A stretch of 34,448 bases of DNA from a virus (lineage: Duplodnaviria; Caudoviricetes), in IMG/VR virus record IMGVR_UViG_3300036987_000451, positions 1 to 34,448 of that record; one strand, 5' to 3'. Every line of letters begins with the position of its first letter. The stretch's first letter is position 1. The translations under genes were made by a program, and so were the position numbers. This document shows, one piece after another, positions 9,242 through 17,535 of the stretch. A model generated the notes under the pieces. It worked only from the letters and a program-made list of their open reading frames with translations, made no database searches and was not told the DNA's origin.

Positions 9242-11047
9242 TCAGTCCTCCGACGCGGTGAGCAGGTTGATGTTGAGCCGGGACTGGAACGTCACCCGCT
9301 CCGCCGGCGGCGGCGGCATGAACTCCAGGTCGAACACGACGTGGCCCAGCGCCAGCGCCGTCGGTGGATTGGCCCCGGGGTCGAAGGTGCAGCTCCCCCC
9401 GACCAACGCGCCGCGACCGATCAGGGTGCGGATGAACTCGTTGACCGACTCCGTGACCGCGTCGAAGTACGGCTCGCCCAGGGGCCGATCCATGAACTGC
9501 AGCATCGCCTGCTCCACCGATTCGTGGAGCACGTCGGCGGTGCGCTGCACGGGGATGAAGGTCTCCGGGCCCGTCGCCGACGGCCAGGCCGCGGTGCGGT
9601 TGCCCCAGACCCGCCGCCCGGTGCCCCAGGCGTTGAACAGCGTCACGATCCCCGCCTCGTTGAGCAGGTTCGCCTCACAGGTGGAGTCGCTCAGCTCCGC
9701 GGAGATCGGCCGCTCCTGGCCGATCACGCCCCGCAGCTCGACGTTGCTCGGGCTCCACCAGTACCCCTCGGCCAGGTCGCGGGCGGCGATCGCCCCGGCC
9801 AGCCGACTGCTGTAGGGCTCCGCGCGCTCGAGGCCGGTGGCTGCGTCCAGGACCTTCAGCGCGGGGTAGCAGAGCACCGCACGGCCGCTCGAGGTCGCGA
9901 AGGCCGCATCCCCGCCCCGGGCCGCGATGGCCTGGCTGACCGTCTGCCCCGCGGGCGCGTCGAGCAGCGCGAGGCCCCGCACCCGCGCGGCCACGGAGAC
10001 CAGCTCCGCGGCCACCGCCGTCTCCTGCGAGTAGCCCGGCGCGATCAGCAGCTTCGGCCGGAAGCCGAACAGCGCGCCGGCGTCCAACAGCGCCTTGATG
10101 CCGCTGCGGCGACCATCGACCACCGTCCCGATGATCTCGTTGGCGGTCACCGCGTCGGGATCGGCGCAGCTGTAGCTGGCCGTGACGGTGGCCTCCGCGG
10201 GGAGGGCGCCGGTCGTGAGGCGCCGCACCACGCCGCTGCCGGCGTCCAGCTCGTAGTCCACCCCGGCCTGCAGCGGCAGCAGCGTCCCCGCGGGCGAGCG
10301 CACGACCAGCGACCCGACCACCGGAGCGATGTCCACCTGATCCGCGGAGAAGTTCGAGCGGAAGGTGAGCCGCACCGTGGCCTCGGCCTCGATCCGCCCC
10401 TCTGCGACCCGGTGAATCACCGTCCCGTTCTGCACGGTGTAGTCCGCATCGAGGTCGTAAATCACCGTGCCGGCCGCGTTCGCCACCTCCAGGTTGCTGT
10501 GGTAGCCGAGGGCGATCTGCCCACCGACGCTGAACTGGGCGGCCTGCACGACCTCGACCGCCCCCGCCAGCGGGATGCGGCCGCTGGCCACCCGCAGCAG
10601 CAGGCCGGTCACCGGCTCGACGACGTAGTCGACGCCCGCGACGTACAGCCGCTGGATCGGCCCGGTGAGCACCAGGCTGCTCACCCCGACCCGGCCCAGC
10701 GCGAGCAGGTCGTCCGCGCCGAAGGTGTGCTCCTCCCCCTGCACCGCCTCGTCGTGCTCCGCCGGATCGTAGGCGTTGACCACGATCGCCAGCGCCGCGC
10801 CGTGATCGAAGAGGGCGGACAGCGCCTGCGGGATGCTGAAGCCGGCCCGCTCGCGGCCGAACAGCCGCTCGGCCTCCCGCTCCGAGCTCACCAGCACCGG
10901 CACCCCGACCGTGCGATCGGCGGCCGCCACGTCGAACAGCGGCGCGGTCCCCACCACCCCCACCACCGCGCTCTTCACCACCCGGACGGGCCGGGCCCCC
11001 CGCTGCACCTCGATGACCTCGACCCCGTGCAGGAACGATGCGGCCAC
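9242..11047 (-). CDS. Contractile tail sheath protein (601 aa, GTG start)
   Basis: FLHGVEVIEV N-terminus; GYWWSPSN, WGNRTAAWP and PPPPAERVTF motifs. The ORF-track start at 11194 overlaps the gp37-like gene and is unlikely. Confidence 0.93.
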   Translation of the reverse strand: MAASFLHGVEVIEVQRGARPVRVVKSAVVGVVGTAPLFDVAAADRTVGVPVLVSSEREAERLFGRERAGFSIPQALSALFDHGAALAIVVNAYDPAEHDEAVQGEEHTFGADDLLALGRVGVSSLVLTGPIQRLYVAGVDYVVEPVTGLLLRVASGRIPLAGAVEVVQAAQFSVGGQIALGYHSNLEVANAAGTVIYDLDADYTVQNGTVIHRVAEGRIEAEATVRLTFRSNFSADQVDIAPVVGSLVVRSPAGTLLPLQAGVDYELDAGSGVVRRLTTGALPAEATVTASYSCADPDAVTANEIIGTVVDGRRSGIKALLDAGALFGFRPKLLIAPGYSQETAVAAELVSVAARVRGLALLDAPAGQTVSQAIAARGGDAAFATSSGRAVLCYPALKVLDAATGLERAEPYSSRLAGAIAARDLAEGYWWSPSNVELRGVIGQERPISAELSDSTCEANLLNEAGIVTLFNAWGTGRRVWGNRTAAWPSATGPETFIPVQRTADVLHESVEQAMLQFMDRPLGEPYFDAVTESVNEFIRTLIGRGALVGGSCTFDPGANPPTALALGHVVFDLEFMPPPPAERVTFQSRLNINLLTASED

Positions 11048-11048
11048 G

Positions 11049-11543
11049 CTACTCCTCCGCTGGCACCTCGACGGTGCCGAATGGGCCCCGGGCGACGCCG
11101 CGGGACAGGTACACCGGCTCGCCGACGTCGACGTCGGCCTCCTCGACGGCCGGCAGCGTCGTCGACGCGCGCAGCCCATGCCGCCATTCGCCATCCACCT
11201 CGGCGACGAAGTCGTCCCGCAGCAGCCGGAGCTTGCCCGCCCCCGGCAGCTTCAGGCCCTGCACCGCCCGACGCAGCGCCTCCAAGTGCGCGGTGAGCTC
11301 CAGGTGGTCACGCAGGCCGCGTACCAGCAGTGCGAACTCGAACGTCGCCGTGCGCTCCTGGACCATCACGCCCACGTCGGACGGGGGCCCGTACTGACTG
11401 CCGACATAGCGCACCAGCACGGCGCCCACCGGGTGGACGCAGCGGTAGTTCCGTGGGTCGGCCGGCCACGGCTCCACCGCGAGCTCCTGCAGGCGGGCGT
11501 CCACCCGGTCGACCAGCGCAGCCTCCAGCTCCGCCACGCCCAT
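11049..11543 (-). CDS. Mu gp37-like tail terminator/completion protein
   Basis: Y...HP.GAVLVRY.GS.Y motif. Synteny gp36-gp37-sheath. Confidence 0.85.
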   Translation of the reverse strand: MGVAELEAALVDRVDARLQELAVEPWPADPRNYRCVHPVGAVLVRYVGSQYGPPSDVGVMVQERTATFEFALLVRGLRDHLELTAHLEALRRAVQGLKLPGAGKLRLLRDDFVAEVDGEWRHGLRASTTLPAVEEADVDVGEPVYLSRGVARGPFGTVEVPAEE

Positions 11544-11977
11544 CAGAACCCCCTCAGCGTCGTCGGCGAGAACAGCCGATCCGCGTCCGTCTTGGCGCCA
11601 CGCGGGCCACCGTCGGTCGCCGGCGGCGGCTCGGCCGGCGCGGCCACGCCGAGGTTGATCCGGCCGTCCCCGATGCGCTCGAGCACCCGCACCGCATCCT
11701 CGTAGCGCCGGCGGGCGTCCTCGATGTCCCCGGCGGGGCGCAGCCCCATCAGTCGGTAGAGCGCGATGTCGCAGGACAGGCGGGTCAGCACCACCGGCGT
11801 TGAGGCCAACGGCAGCGCGTAGCGCCCGACGAGGTAGCCGTTGATCTCAGCCGCCGCGTCCGCGAGGGCCCGGCGGGCCACCTCGGGCTGGTAGGCCTGC
11901 CCCGCCTCGTCGGTGAGCTGGGCGAGTAGCCGTTGCGGGTAGCGGGAGAGCAGATCGTCGGGCGTCGCGTAGTCCAT
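11543..11977 (-). CDS. Mu gp36-like head-tail connector (DUF1320)
   Basis: YAT..DL, A.AEI.GYL..RY.LPL, CDIA.YRL and RYEDA motifs. Confidence 0.92.
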   Translation of the reverse strand: MDYATPDDLLSRYPQRLLAQLTDEAGQAYQPEVARRALADAAAEINGYLVGRYALPLASTPVVLTRLSCDIALYRLMGLRPAGDIEDARRRYEDAVRVLERIGDGRINLGVAAPAEPPPATDGGPRGAKTDADRLFSPTTLRGF

Positions 11978-11994
11978 CGTGTCCCCTCCGCGGA

Positions 11995-12044
11995 GCTCCG
12001 GCGGCCGGGCGGGGAGGGACCGTCACCGCCCGGCCGGCCGGAGC
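11995..12044 (-). terminator. Long GC hairpin after the capsid gene (attenuator/mRNA stabiliser)
   Basis: GCTCCGGCGGCCGGGCGG (11995-12012) pairs with CCGCCCGGCCGGCCGGAGC (12026-12044) with one bulge. No U-tract. Confidence 0.55.
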
Positions 12045-12052
12045 GCCGGGAA

Positions 12053-13000
12053 TCAGGCCGGGTTCTGGATCAGGTACCCGGCGTCCTGGCCCGAGAGGAT
12101 CGCCGCGCGCTCGTAGCTGCAGCCGTACAGCCAGGAGCGGCTGTCCGCGTCCCACCGCCCCGCCTCGACGAGGGGGTGCCCGTCCATCACGTAGGTGTAG
12201 CCGTAGCTCGGGCGGGCGCGGTTGCGCTGCACGCCGGCGGAGGACGGCGCCACGTAGGCCAGCACCGCGTTGTTCCCCCAGACGTCGCTGTTGACGCCGG
12301 CGGCATTCGCAGTCACCGCACCGCCCACCACCACCTTCGGGATGTCGAACAGTTGGCCGAGCATCTCCGCGGTGATCGAATCACGGCCGGTGTACTTGAA
12401 GCGCTCGACGACCGCGGGATTCGAGCGCAGCGCCTGGTAGGCCGTCGCGCTCAGCAGCAGGGTGTTCGGGTAGAGCCCCACCGCCCGGCGGATCGCCTCG
12501 CGCCCCGCGTCGATCTCCACCGCGGGCCGGCCGTTCTCGTGGGACCACTTCACCTTCCCCTGCGCGGTCAGGTCCACCTTGTGGGTCTCCGCGTAGTTCG
12601 TCGCCGTGATCGCCAACTGCGCCTGCTCGTACTCGATCGACAGGTTCAGCAGGTCCAGCACCATCTCCACCGCGCCGGTCGCCAGCTCGACGCCGGGCCC
12701 CTGCTGCGCGTCGCGGACGAACTCCCGGGGCACCACCGCGTCGAGCGACTCCCCGTGGACCGCGTAGTCGCCGGCCTCGTAGCCGAACATCACCCGCCGC
12801 GCGGCCGACCCCGGCGCACGGCGCATGTTGAAGAGCTGGAAGTGCTCCTTGCCGAACTTGATGATCTTCCCGCCGGAGACGTAGACCGTCACGTGCGGGA
12901 ACAGGTGATGCCCGACCCGCTCGGGGTTCACGTAACCCTGGGCGAAGGCCGTCAGGATCGCGTCCACCACCCGGGCCGACGCTGGATTCAACGGTGCCAT
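12053..13000 (-). CDS. Major capsid protein (315 aa)
   Basis: VD.ILT..AQGY.N...G..LFP, FGKE.F, DVWGN, PSYGYTY and AGYLIQN motifs. Follows protease and decoration genes. Confidence 0.88.
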   Translation of the reverse strand: MAPLNPASARVVDAILTAFAQGYVNPERVGHHLFPHVTVYVSGGKIIKFGKEHFQLFNMRRAPGSAARRVMFGYEAGDYAVHGESLDAVVPREFVRDAQQGPGVELATGAVEMVLDLLNLSIEYEQAQLAITATNYAETHKVDLTAQGKVKWSHENGRPAVEIDAGREAIRRAVGLYPNTLLLSATAYQALRSNPAVVERFKYTGRDSITAEMLGQLFDIPKVVVGGAVTANAAGVNSDVWGNNAVLAYVAPSSAGVQRNRARPSYGYTYVMDGHPLVEAGRWDADSRSWLYGCSYERAAILSGQDAGYLIQNPA

Positions 13001-13013
13001 GCGCTTCCCTCCA

Positions 13014-13049
13014 CCGGTTCAGTGCCCGGTTCAGTGCCCGATCAGTGGC
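13014..13049. repeat. 12-bp tandem repeat CCGGTTCAGTGC x2 plus a degenerate third copy
   Basis: Copies at 13014-13025 and 13026-13037, then CCGATCAGTGGC containing the upstream gene's stop codon. Confidence 0.8.
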
Positions 13050-13593
13050 GGAGCAGGACCTCGACGAACTCACCGGCCCCGCCAGAGGCCTCGAGCGCGT
13101 CGGCGAAGACGAACTGGGGCAGCTCCCCGCCGGACAGCGCGGCCTGCGCCGTCGTGATCGGCAGCACCCCGGCCGCGCTGAGGGCGACCAGCCCCTCTGC
13201 CGCGCTGATCACGGCCCCGTTGGCCGCGGCGCTGGTGACCGGGGTATCCCCGGCGTCCACGGTCAGCTTGGTGTCGTCCACGGTGACCGCGATCTGGGTC
13301 AGATCCGTGGCCGCCGTCACCGCCGCGGCCAGGCTGTCCGCCGCGACCGCCCGGCCATGGGCGTCGACCCGGAGCGCTGCGCCCCGGGCGAACGCGCCGC
13401 CGGTCTCGATGATCGCGGTGCCCTTGGCCACCACGGAGGCGTCCTGCCCGTCCGCCACCCCGAAGGTGGCCACGCCCATCACCTTCTGCCCCGCGGACGA
13501 GGCCTGCGCCCCGTCGAAGCCCACCGCCCGCAGCGCGGCGATCGCTCCACTCGCCATCACCGTGAGCGTCAGCAGACTGATTGCCTGTCGCAT
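13042..13593 (-). CDS. Capsid decoration/cement protein (DUF2190-like) with internal insertion (183 aa)
   Basis: GTAIIETGGAF..G..L..DA.GRAV and ALEA..AGEFVEVLL motifs. ATG at 13593 follows the protease stop. Confidence 0.8.
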   Translation of the reverse strand: MRQAISLLTLTVMASGAIAALRAVGFDGAQASSAGQKVMGVATFGVADGQDASVVAKGTAIIETGGAFARGAALRVDAHGRAVAADSLAAAVTAATDLTQIAVTVDDTKLTVDAGDTPVTSAAANGAVISAAEGLVALSAAGVLPITTAQAALSGGELPQFVFADALEASGGAGEFVEVLLRH

Positions 13594-13594
13594 C

Positions 13595-14749
13595 TCAACC
13601 CTCCTCACCCACAGCCGCCAGCGCGGTGTGGAAATCCACCTGGTGGGCGGCCATGTGGGCCCGGATCCGGTGTGCCCGCGCCGCGCCGACCACGCTGTAG
13701 CCCGAAGGGACGGCGAATGCGGCCGTGGCGCCGTCCGCCTCGGGGGCGGACAGCTCCCCGTAGTGCACCTGCACCGGCAGTCGGCCGCACCAGTCCTTGA
13801 ACCACGCCAGCGCGGAGGGCGCCTCGCCGCCGGCGAACTGCACGGTCTGCGCGTCGTCCAGGGACGCGGCGAAGGCCACCAGCCCGGGGCTGTCCGCGGG
13901 CAGCAGCACTCCCCGCTGGACCAGCTCGGCGGCGAAGGCCGCCATCTCGTCCAGTCGGCGCCGCACCGCCTGGCGCGCCTGCTCCTCCCGCTGCGCCGTC
14001 TCCCGGGCGGCCAGGGCCTGCTCCCGCTCGGCCAGCGCCTGCTCCCGGGCGGCCAGCGCGTCCCCGTCGGGCTCTGCGGCGGGCGGAGTGGGCTGCGGCG
14101 GGGCGGGCGGAGGGGGCGGGGGCGTCGCGTCCGGGGACGCCGCGTAGGCCGGCGCCGGCTCGGCCGCCGCATCGGGCCGCAGCGCCTCCTCCTGGAGCTG
14201 GTCCACCTGCCAGGAGGGGATCACCTCGTCCGCCGTCTCCATGCCGAACTTGGCGACGAAGAACTCCCGCAGCCGACGCCACATCCCCGCCTGCTGGCGA
14301 TCCATCCAGTCGCCGAACTCGATGAGCTCCCCGGCGTCGTCGCCGGCGAAGGCGGCCGAGCGGAGCCCGAGCACCGCGGGCGGGGTCGCGCCCAAGAAGC
14401 CCACGTGGCGCAGCGAGTACTGCCCGGGGCGGGGGTTGCGGGGATGGTTCGGTGCGAAGAACGCGACGCTGAGGTGCTTGAAGCGCCCTTCGTTGACCAG
14501 CGCCGCGAACTGGGGGTCGACCTGCTGCGGCTCTGCCTCCAGCACGCCGTCGACCACCCGCAGCCCCCGCACCCAGCCATAGGCCGGAGCGTCGGTCCGT
14601 GGGTGGCCCACCACCAGCGGGGCCTCATAGCTCGTCGGGTCGTAGCCGGCGGCGATCTGTTCGAGCTGCTCCACCGAGAACGTCAGCTCCCGACCGTCCA
14701 TTGCCCGATGCGTGCCTGCCTTGAAGATCTGCAACATCGCACTCCTCAC
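13595..14749 (-). CDS. Mu gpI-like prohead protease/scaffold
   Basis: IFKAGTH, APLVVGHP...PAYGWV and LRHVGFLGA.PPAV.GL motifs. Pro-rich linker and coiled-coil C-terminal half. Confidence 0.92.
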   Translation of the reverse strand: MRSAMLQIFKAGTHRAMDGRELTFSVEQLEQIAAGYDPTSYEAPLVVGHPRTDAPAYGWVRGLRVVDGVLEAEPQQVDPQFAALVNEGRFKHLSVAFFAPNHPRNPRPGQYSLRHVGFLGATPPAVLGLRSAAFAGDDAGELIEFGDWMDRQQAGMWRRLREFFVAKFGMETADEVIPSWQVDQLQEEALRPDAAAEPAPAYAASPDATPPPPPPAPPQPTPPAAEPDGDALAAREQALAEREQALAARETAQREEQARQAVRRRLDEMAAFAAELVQRGVLLPADSPGLVAFAASLDDAQTVQFAGGEAPSALAWFKDWCGRLPVQVHYGELSAPEADGATAAFAVPSGYSVVGAARAHRIRAHMAAHQVDFHTALAAVGEEG

Positions 14750-14760
14750 CGTCGGAGTGC

Positions 14761-14802
14761 ATTGTCCTGGGCCGGGGCGTTCACATCCAAGGACCGTTGT
14801 CC
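14761..14802 (-). promoter_or_regulatory. Late promoter of the head/tail operon with putative Mor-type activator box
   Basis: Minus strand GGACAACGGTCCTTGGAT (14802-14785), 18 nt, then GACAAT. 16/18 identical to the box at 26063-26080. Confidence 0.75.
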
Positions 14803-14807
14803 ATTCT

Positions 14808-15083
14808 TCAGGGGGTGTACAGCGACAGGGCGGACGCGTTCAGCTCGCTCAGGCGGGTCAACAGCTCCCGCTGCTGCTGAAGCTGCTGCTGCAGCTCCCG
14901 CAACAGCAACCCCATCGCCAGCACGTCCTCCGCGTACTCGGCCGGCGTCGGCCGGTAGTCGCCGCGGCGGACGGCGCGGACCCGCTCCCGCGTCCGCTCC
15001 AGCGTACCCTGACAGGTCGGCCGGGGAGGCAGGACGGTGGGCAGCAGCGCCCCCACCGGCCGAGGCCCGTCGATCCCTCGCAT
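14808..15083 (-). CDS. Hypothetical protein (91 aa), FlgM-like C-terminal motif
   Basis: TGATG coupling to the upstream gene. ERTRERVRAVRRGDYRPTPAEYAEDVL resembles the FlgM I..G.Y.....IA..ML pattern. Confidence 0.55.
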   Translation of the reverse strand: MRGIDGPRPVGALLPTVLPPRPTCQGTLERTRERVRAVRRGDYRPTPAEYAEDVLAMGLLLRELQQQLQQQRELLTRLSELNASALSLYTP

Positions 15084-15316
15084 CAGGCCGCCGCCTCCAG
15101 CTCCGGGCACCAGCCCCGGGCGATCGCCGCGGCCAGCACGACGTGCTCGCTGCCCGCGTCGGTGTCGCCCCGCGACAGCTCGAGCAGCGCCGAGACCCGC
15201 ACCTCCGGGGTCGGCGGCTTCGCCACCGGCACTCCGCGGGCCCACAGCCACCAGCGCACGGAGGGCTGATCCAGCGCACCCGTCTCCACCAAGCGATCGA
15301 ACTGCTCCTCGGTCAT
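15083..15316 (-). CDS. Hypothetical protein (77 aa)
   Basis: GGAGG RBS. Coupled to neighbours at both ends. Confidence 0.7.
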   Translation of the reverse strand: MTEEQFDRLVETGALDQPSVRWWLWARGVPVAKPPTPEVRVSALLELSRGDTDAGSEHVVLAAAIARGWCPELEAAA

Positions 15317-15813
15317 GGGTCCCTCCTGTCGGGGCGCAGCTGCCGCAGCGCCCGGTCTCGATGTGCGGTGTGCAGCGCGGCCTGTTCGAGCTGCCGCACC
15401 CGCTCCCGCGTGAGGCCGAACAGCGCCCCGATCGTCGCCAGCGGCAACCCCCCGGGGTACTGGTCGGCCAGGTCCAACGCACAGCTCCGGTCAGCCGGCA
15501 GCTCCTCCGGCCGGCAGGGGCGGGCCAGCCGCAGCTCCCCGCGGCCGTTCACCTCCATCCACAGATGAAAACGACAACCAACAAACGGACAGGGCCGGGG
15601 GACCGCGGTGCAGTCGCCTCGGGTGCAGGGGCGCAGCGCGGCCGCGGCGAGCAGCTCCTCCCGCTCCGCAACCGGCTCCGCGGCCAGCTCGTCCAGCACC
15701 GCAGCCGCGGCCAGCCGCCGGCGGATCCTGAGGCGACCGCCCTCGTGCAGCGGCGCGGGCCGAGGGCGCGTGAGCAGCGCGGCCACTGCCCGGCGGGCCG
15801 CCTCGCGGCTCAT
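15313..15813 (-). CDS. Cys-rich protein with sigma-70 region-4 HTH (166 aa)
   Basis: TR.DC..PRPCPFVGCRFHL...SCALDLA, then L..IG..FGLTRERVRQLE..AL. No sigma region 2. Confidence 0.85.
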   Translation of the reverse strand: MSREAARRAVAALLTRPRPAPLHEGGRLRIRRRLAAAAVLDELAAEPVAEREELLAAAALRPCTRGDCTAVPRPCPFVGCRFHLWMEVNGRGELRLARPCRPEELPADRSCALDLADQYPGGLPLATIGALFGLTRERVRQLEQAALHTAHRDRALRQLRPDRRDP

Positions 15814-16433
15814 CGGAGGGTCTCCGGCACCACGAGCCACCGCAGCTCCGGCGCGCGGCTCGCCGTCGGCCGACGGTGCCAGTGCGCGGCCATGATGTCC
15901 CGGGTGTTGCCCCAGCCCTGCCCGCGGGGCCGGCGGGGTGAGATCAGCACCCGCGCCGGCGGCTGCGCCCGCCACCACTCCGCCCGCGCATCGCCCCCCA
16001 GGTACGCCAGCGGACCGATCGCCACGAGGTCGCCCCCGGCCGCCAGCAGCGCCAGGCAGCGCGTCACCCACTCCGTCCAGCGGGAGAACGGCGGGTTGGT
16101 GACGATGACGTCCCAGCGGAGCCCGGCCTGCTCTGCCTGCTGCGACCAGCGGAAGAAGTCCGCGTGGATGCCGGTCCAGTGCGAGGGCCAGGCCCCGCGC
16201 CGCTCCTCAAGCGCGTCCAGCGCGGTCACCACCGGCGCCTGCCCCGCAGTCCGCTGCCAGCGCTCCACCTCCCGCCCGATCGCGCCCGTGCCCGCACCCG
16301 GATCCAGCACCCGGCTCGCGCCGTGCACGGCCGGCACGTGGGCCAGCACCGCGTGCACCAGCCAGGCCGGCGTCACCGCGTGCTCACCCTCCGGACTCGC
16401 GGCATCCCCGAAGAACAGATCGGGCTGGTGCAT
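15810..16433 (-). CDS. Orphan N6-adenine DNA methyltransferase (207 aa)
   Basis: Motif I LDPGAGTG precedes motif IV VIVTNPPF. N-terminal TP.WL. Confidence 0.85.
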   Translation of the reverse strand: MHQPDLFFGDAASPEGEHAVTPAWLVHAVLAHVPAVHGASRVLDPGAGTGAIGREVERWQRTAGQAPVVTALDALEERRGAWPSHWTGIHADFFRWSQQAEQAGLRWDVIVTNPPFSRWTEWVTRCLALLAAGGDLVAIGPLAYLGGDARAEWWRAQPPARVLISPRRPRGQGWGNTRDIMAAHWHRRPTASRAPELRWLVVPETLR

Positions 16434-16447
16434 CGCGTCCCCCAAAG

Positions 16448-16500
16448 CCCCTCCACCGGGCCCCCCCGGAGGAGACTGGATGCGGGGCCCGGTGGAGGGG
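16448..16500. repeat. Perfect 17-bp inverted repeat upstream of the methyltransferase RBS
   Basis: CCCCTCCACCGGGCCCC (16448-16464) and GGGGCCCGGTGGAGGGG (16484-16500), 19-nt loop. Confidence 0.9.
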
Positions 16501-16504
16501 AAGC

Positions 16505-16702
16505 TCACGCCGCGACCCCGACGCCCGCGGACCGTCCGGTGGACTGCGCCGCCGGCGCAGCGCAGCAGCGGTGGAGCGCCTCCTCGAGGTCGTACTGGCG
16601 GCAACGCTTGAAGTGACGGAAGAAGCTGATGCCCCGCACCTCGCGACCGCAGCAGACGCAGCGGTGGATGCGGCGCATGTTGACCGGGCAGCGCTCAGCC
16701 AT
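16505..16702 (-). CDS. Small Cys/His-rich protein, possible zinc finger (65 aa)
   Basis: AAGGAGG RBS. Sequence CVCCG...RHFKRC. Confidence 0.6.
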   Translation of the reverse strand: MAERCPVNMRRIHRCVCCGREVRGISFFRHFKRCRQYDLEEALHRCCAAPAAQSTGRSAGVGVAA

Positions 16703-17186
16703 GGCTGCCCTCCTTCGTCCCGTGCCAGATCGGCAGCCGCAGCTCCCACAGTTGACGGAGACGCGCGAACGACCGGCGCTCCGCCGCACCCGCCTGCGCC
16801 TCGGCCGCGAGCAGCGCCGCGTAGGCCTTGCGGTGCTTGGCGACCTTCCAGTCGGCGATGGAGACGTCCCAGTGCGCCGAGGTCGCCTTGCTCGCCTCGG
16901 TCGCCCGCGCCAGGGCCACGCCGTGGGCCGCGTGGCGCACCTCCGACTCAAACTGGATCAGCGGCTCGATGCCCAGGTGGAAGCGGCACGCGCGCACGAG
17001 CCGCTGCAGCGCCTCCTTGCTGCACAGCGCGAGCACCTGCTCGAACTCCGCCTCGGGCAGGCGCGGCCACAGCGGGCGCACGCCACGGAGCGGCCACGGG
17101 ATCTCCGAGGTGTCCGTGACGCCCGGGTACATGCCGGCGCAGTGGTCGCAGGCTGAGCAGTTGATGGGGCAGGCGGGCGCGGCCAT
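16695..17186 (-). CDS. Hypothetical protein with N-terminal C-x3-C-x2-C-x2-C (163 aa)
   Basis: TGATG coupling. Begins MAAPACPINCSACDHC. Confidence 0.65.
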   Translation of the reverse strand: MAAPACPINCSACDHCAGMYPGVTDTSEIPWPLRGVRPLWPRLPEAEFEQVLALCSKEALQRLVRACRFHLGIEPLIQFESEVRHAAHGVALARATEASKATSAHWDVSIADWKVAKHRKAYAALLAAEAQAGAAERRSFARLRQLWELRLPIWHGTKEGSHG

Positions 17187-17473
17187 CACTGGGCACCGTC
17201 GGGCGCCGCGCCCCCGTCGAGCGCCTGCTTGCCCTTCAGCGTCAGGAAGTACAGCGGCGGGCCGTCGGGCGGGGCGTAGCGCAGCACGAGCGTCCGCCGC
17301 AGCAGCAGGAGCAGCAACGGCGTCGTCACCAGCGCGGCCGCCCACCGGTCGTTCAACCCGAACGCCCGGTGGCCGATCTCCTCCACGGTCAGCCCTTGGG
17401 GTGAGCTGACGGCCAGCGGCAGCACCCGCAGGATCTTCAGCTCCCGCTCGGCCCGTTCCTGATCGATGGTCAT
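17186..17473 (-). CDS. Winged-helix DNA-binding protein (95 aa)
   Basis: GGAGG RBS. GLTVEEI helix and YFLTLKG wing motif. Confidence 0.7.
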   Translation of the reverse strand: MTIDQERAERELKILRVLPLAVSSPQGLTVEEIGHRAFGLNDRWAAALVTTPLLLLLLRRTLVLRYAPPDGPPLYFLTLKGKQALDGGAAPDGAQ

Positions 17474-17535
17474 CGGCGGTCCCTCCGACGTCCGTTGGGG
17501 GTGCCGGGCGGGACGCTCCGCCCGGCGGTCGTGGT

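Noticed and set aside
1759-11296. Long + strand ORFs over the tail genes (1759..3552, 6071..7612, 9197..11296)
   Set aside because: Antisense shadows of well-supported minus-strand structural genes.
13014-13049. Repeat as a CRISPR or DGR element
   Set aside because: Only 12-bp adjacent units without spacers; no cas, reverse transcriptase or invertase gene in the window.
13970-14130. Repeats in the protease gene (ALAAREQ x3, poly-Pro)
   Set aside because: Ordinary scaffold coiled-coil and linker coding repeats.
274-14749. Left arm as an independent tailocin/eCIS or second phage
   Set aside because: It includes capsid and protease that need the right-arm portal and terminase, shares the late-promoter box, and lies within one pair of matching ends.
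11933-15568. 1211-aa + strand ORF
   Set aside because: Antisense shadow of capsid, decoration and protease genes in GC-rich DNA; low-complexity Arg/Gly/Ala product with no motifs.
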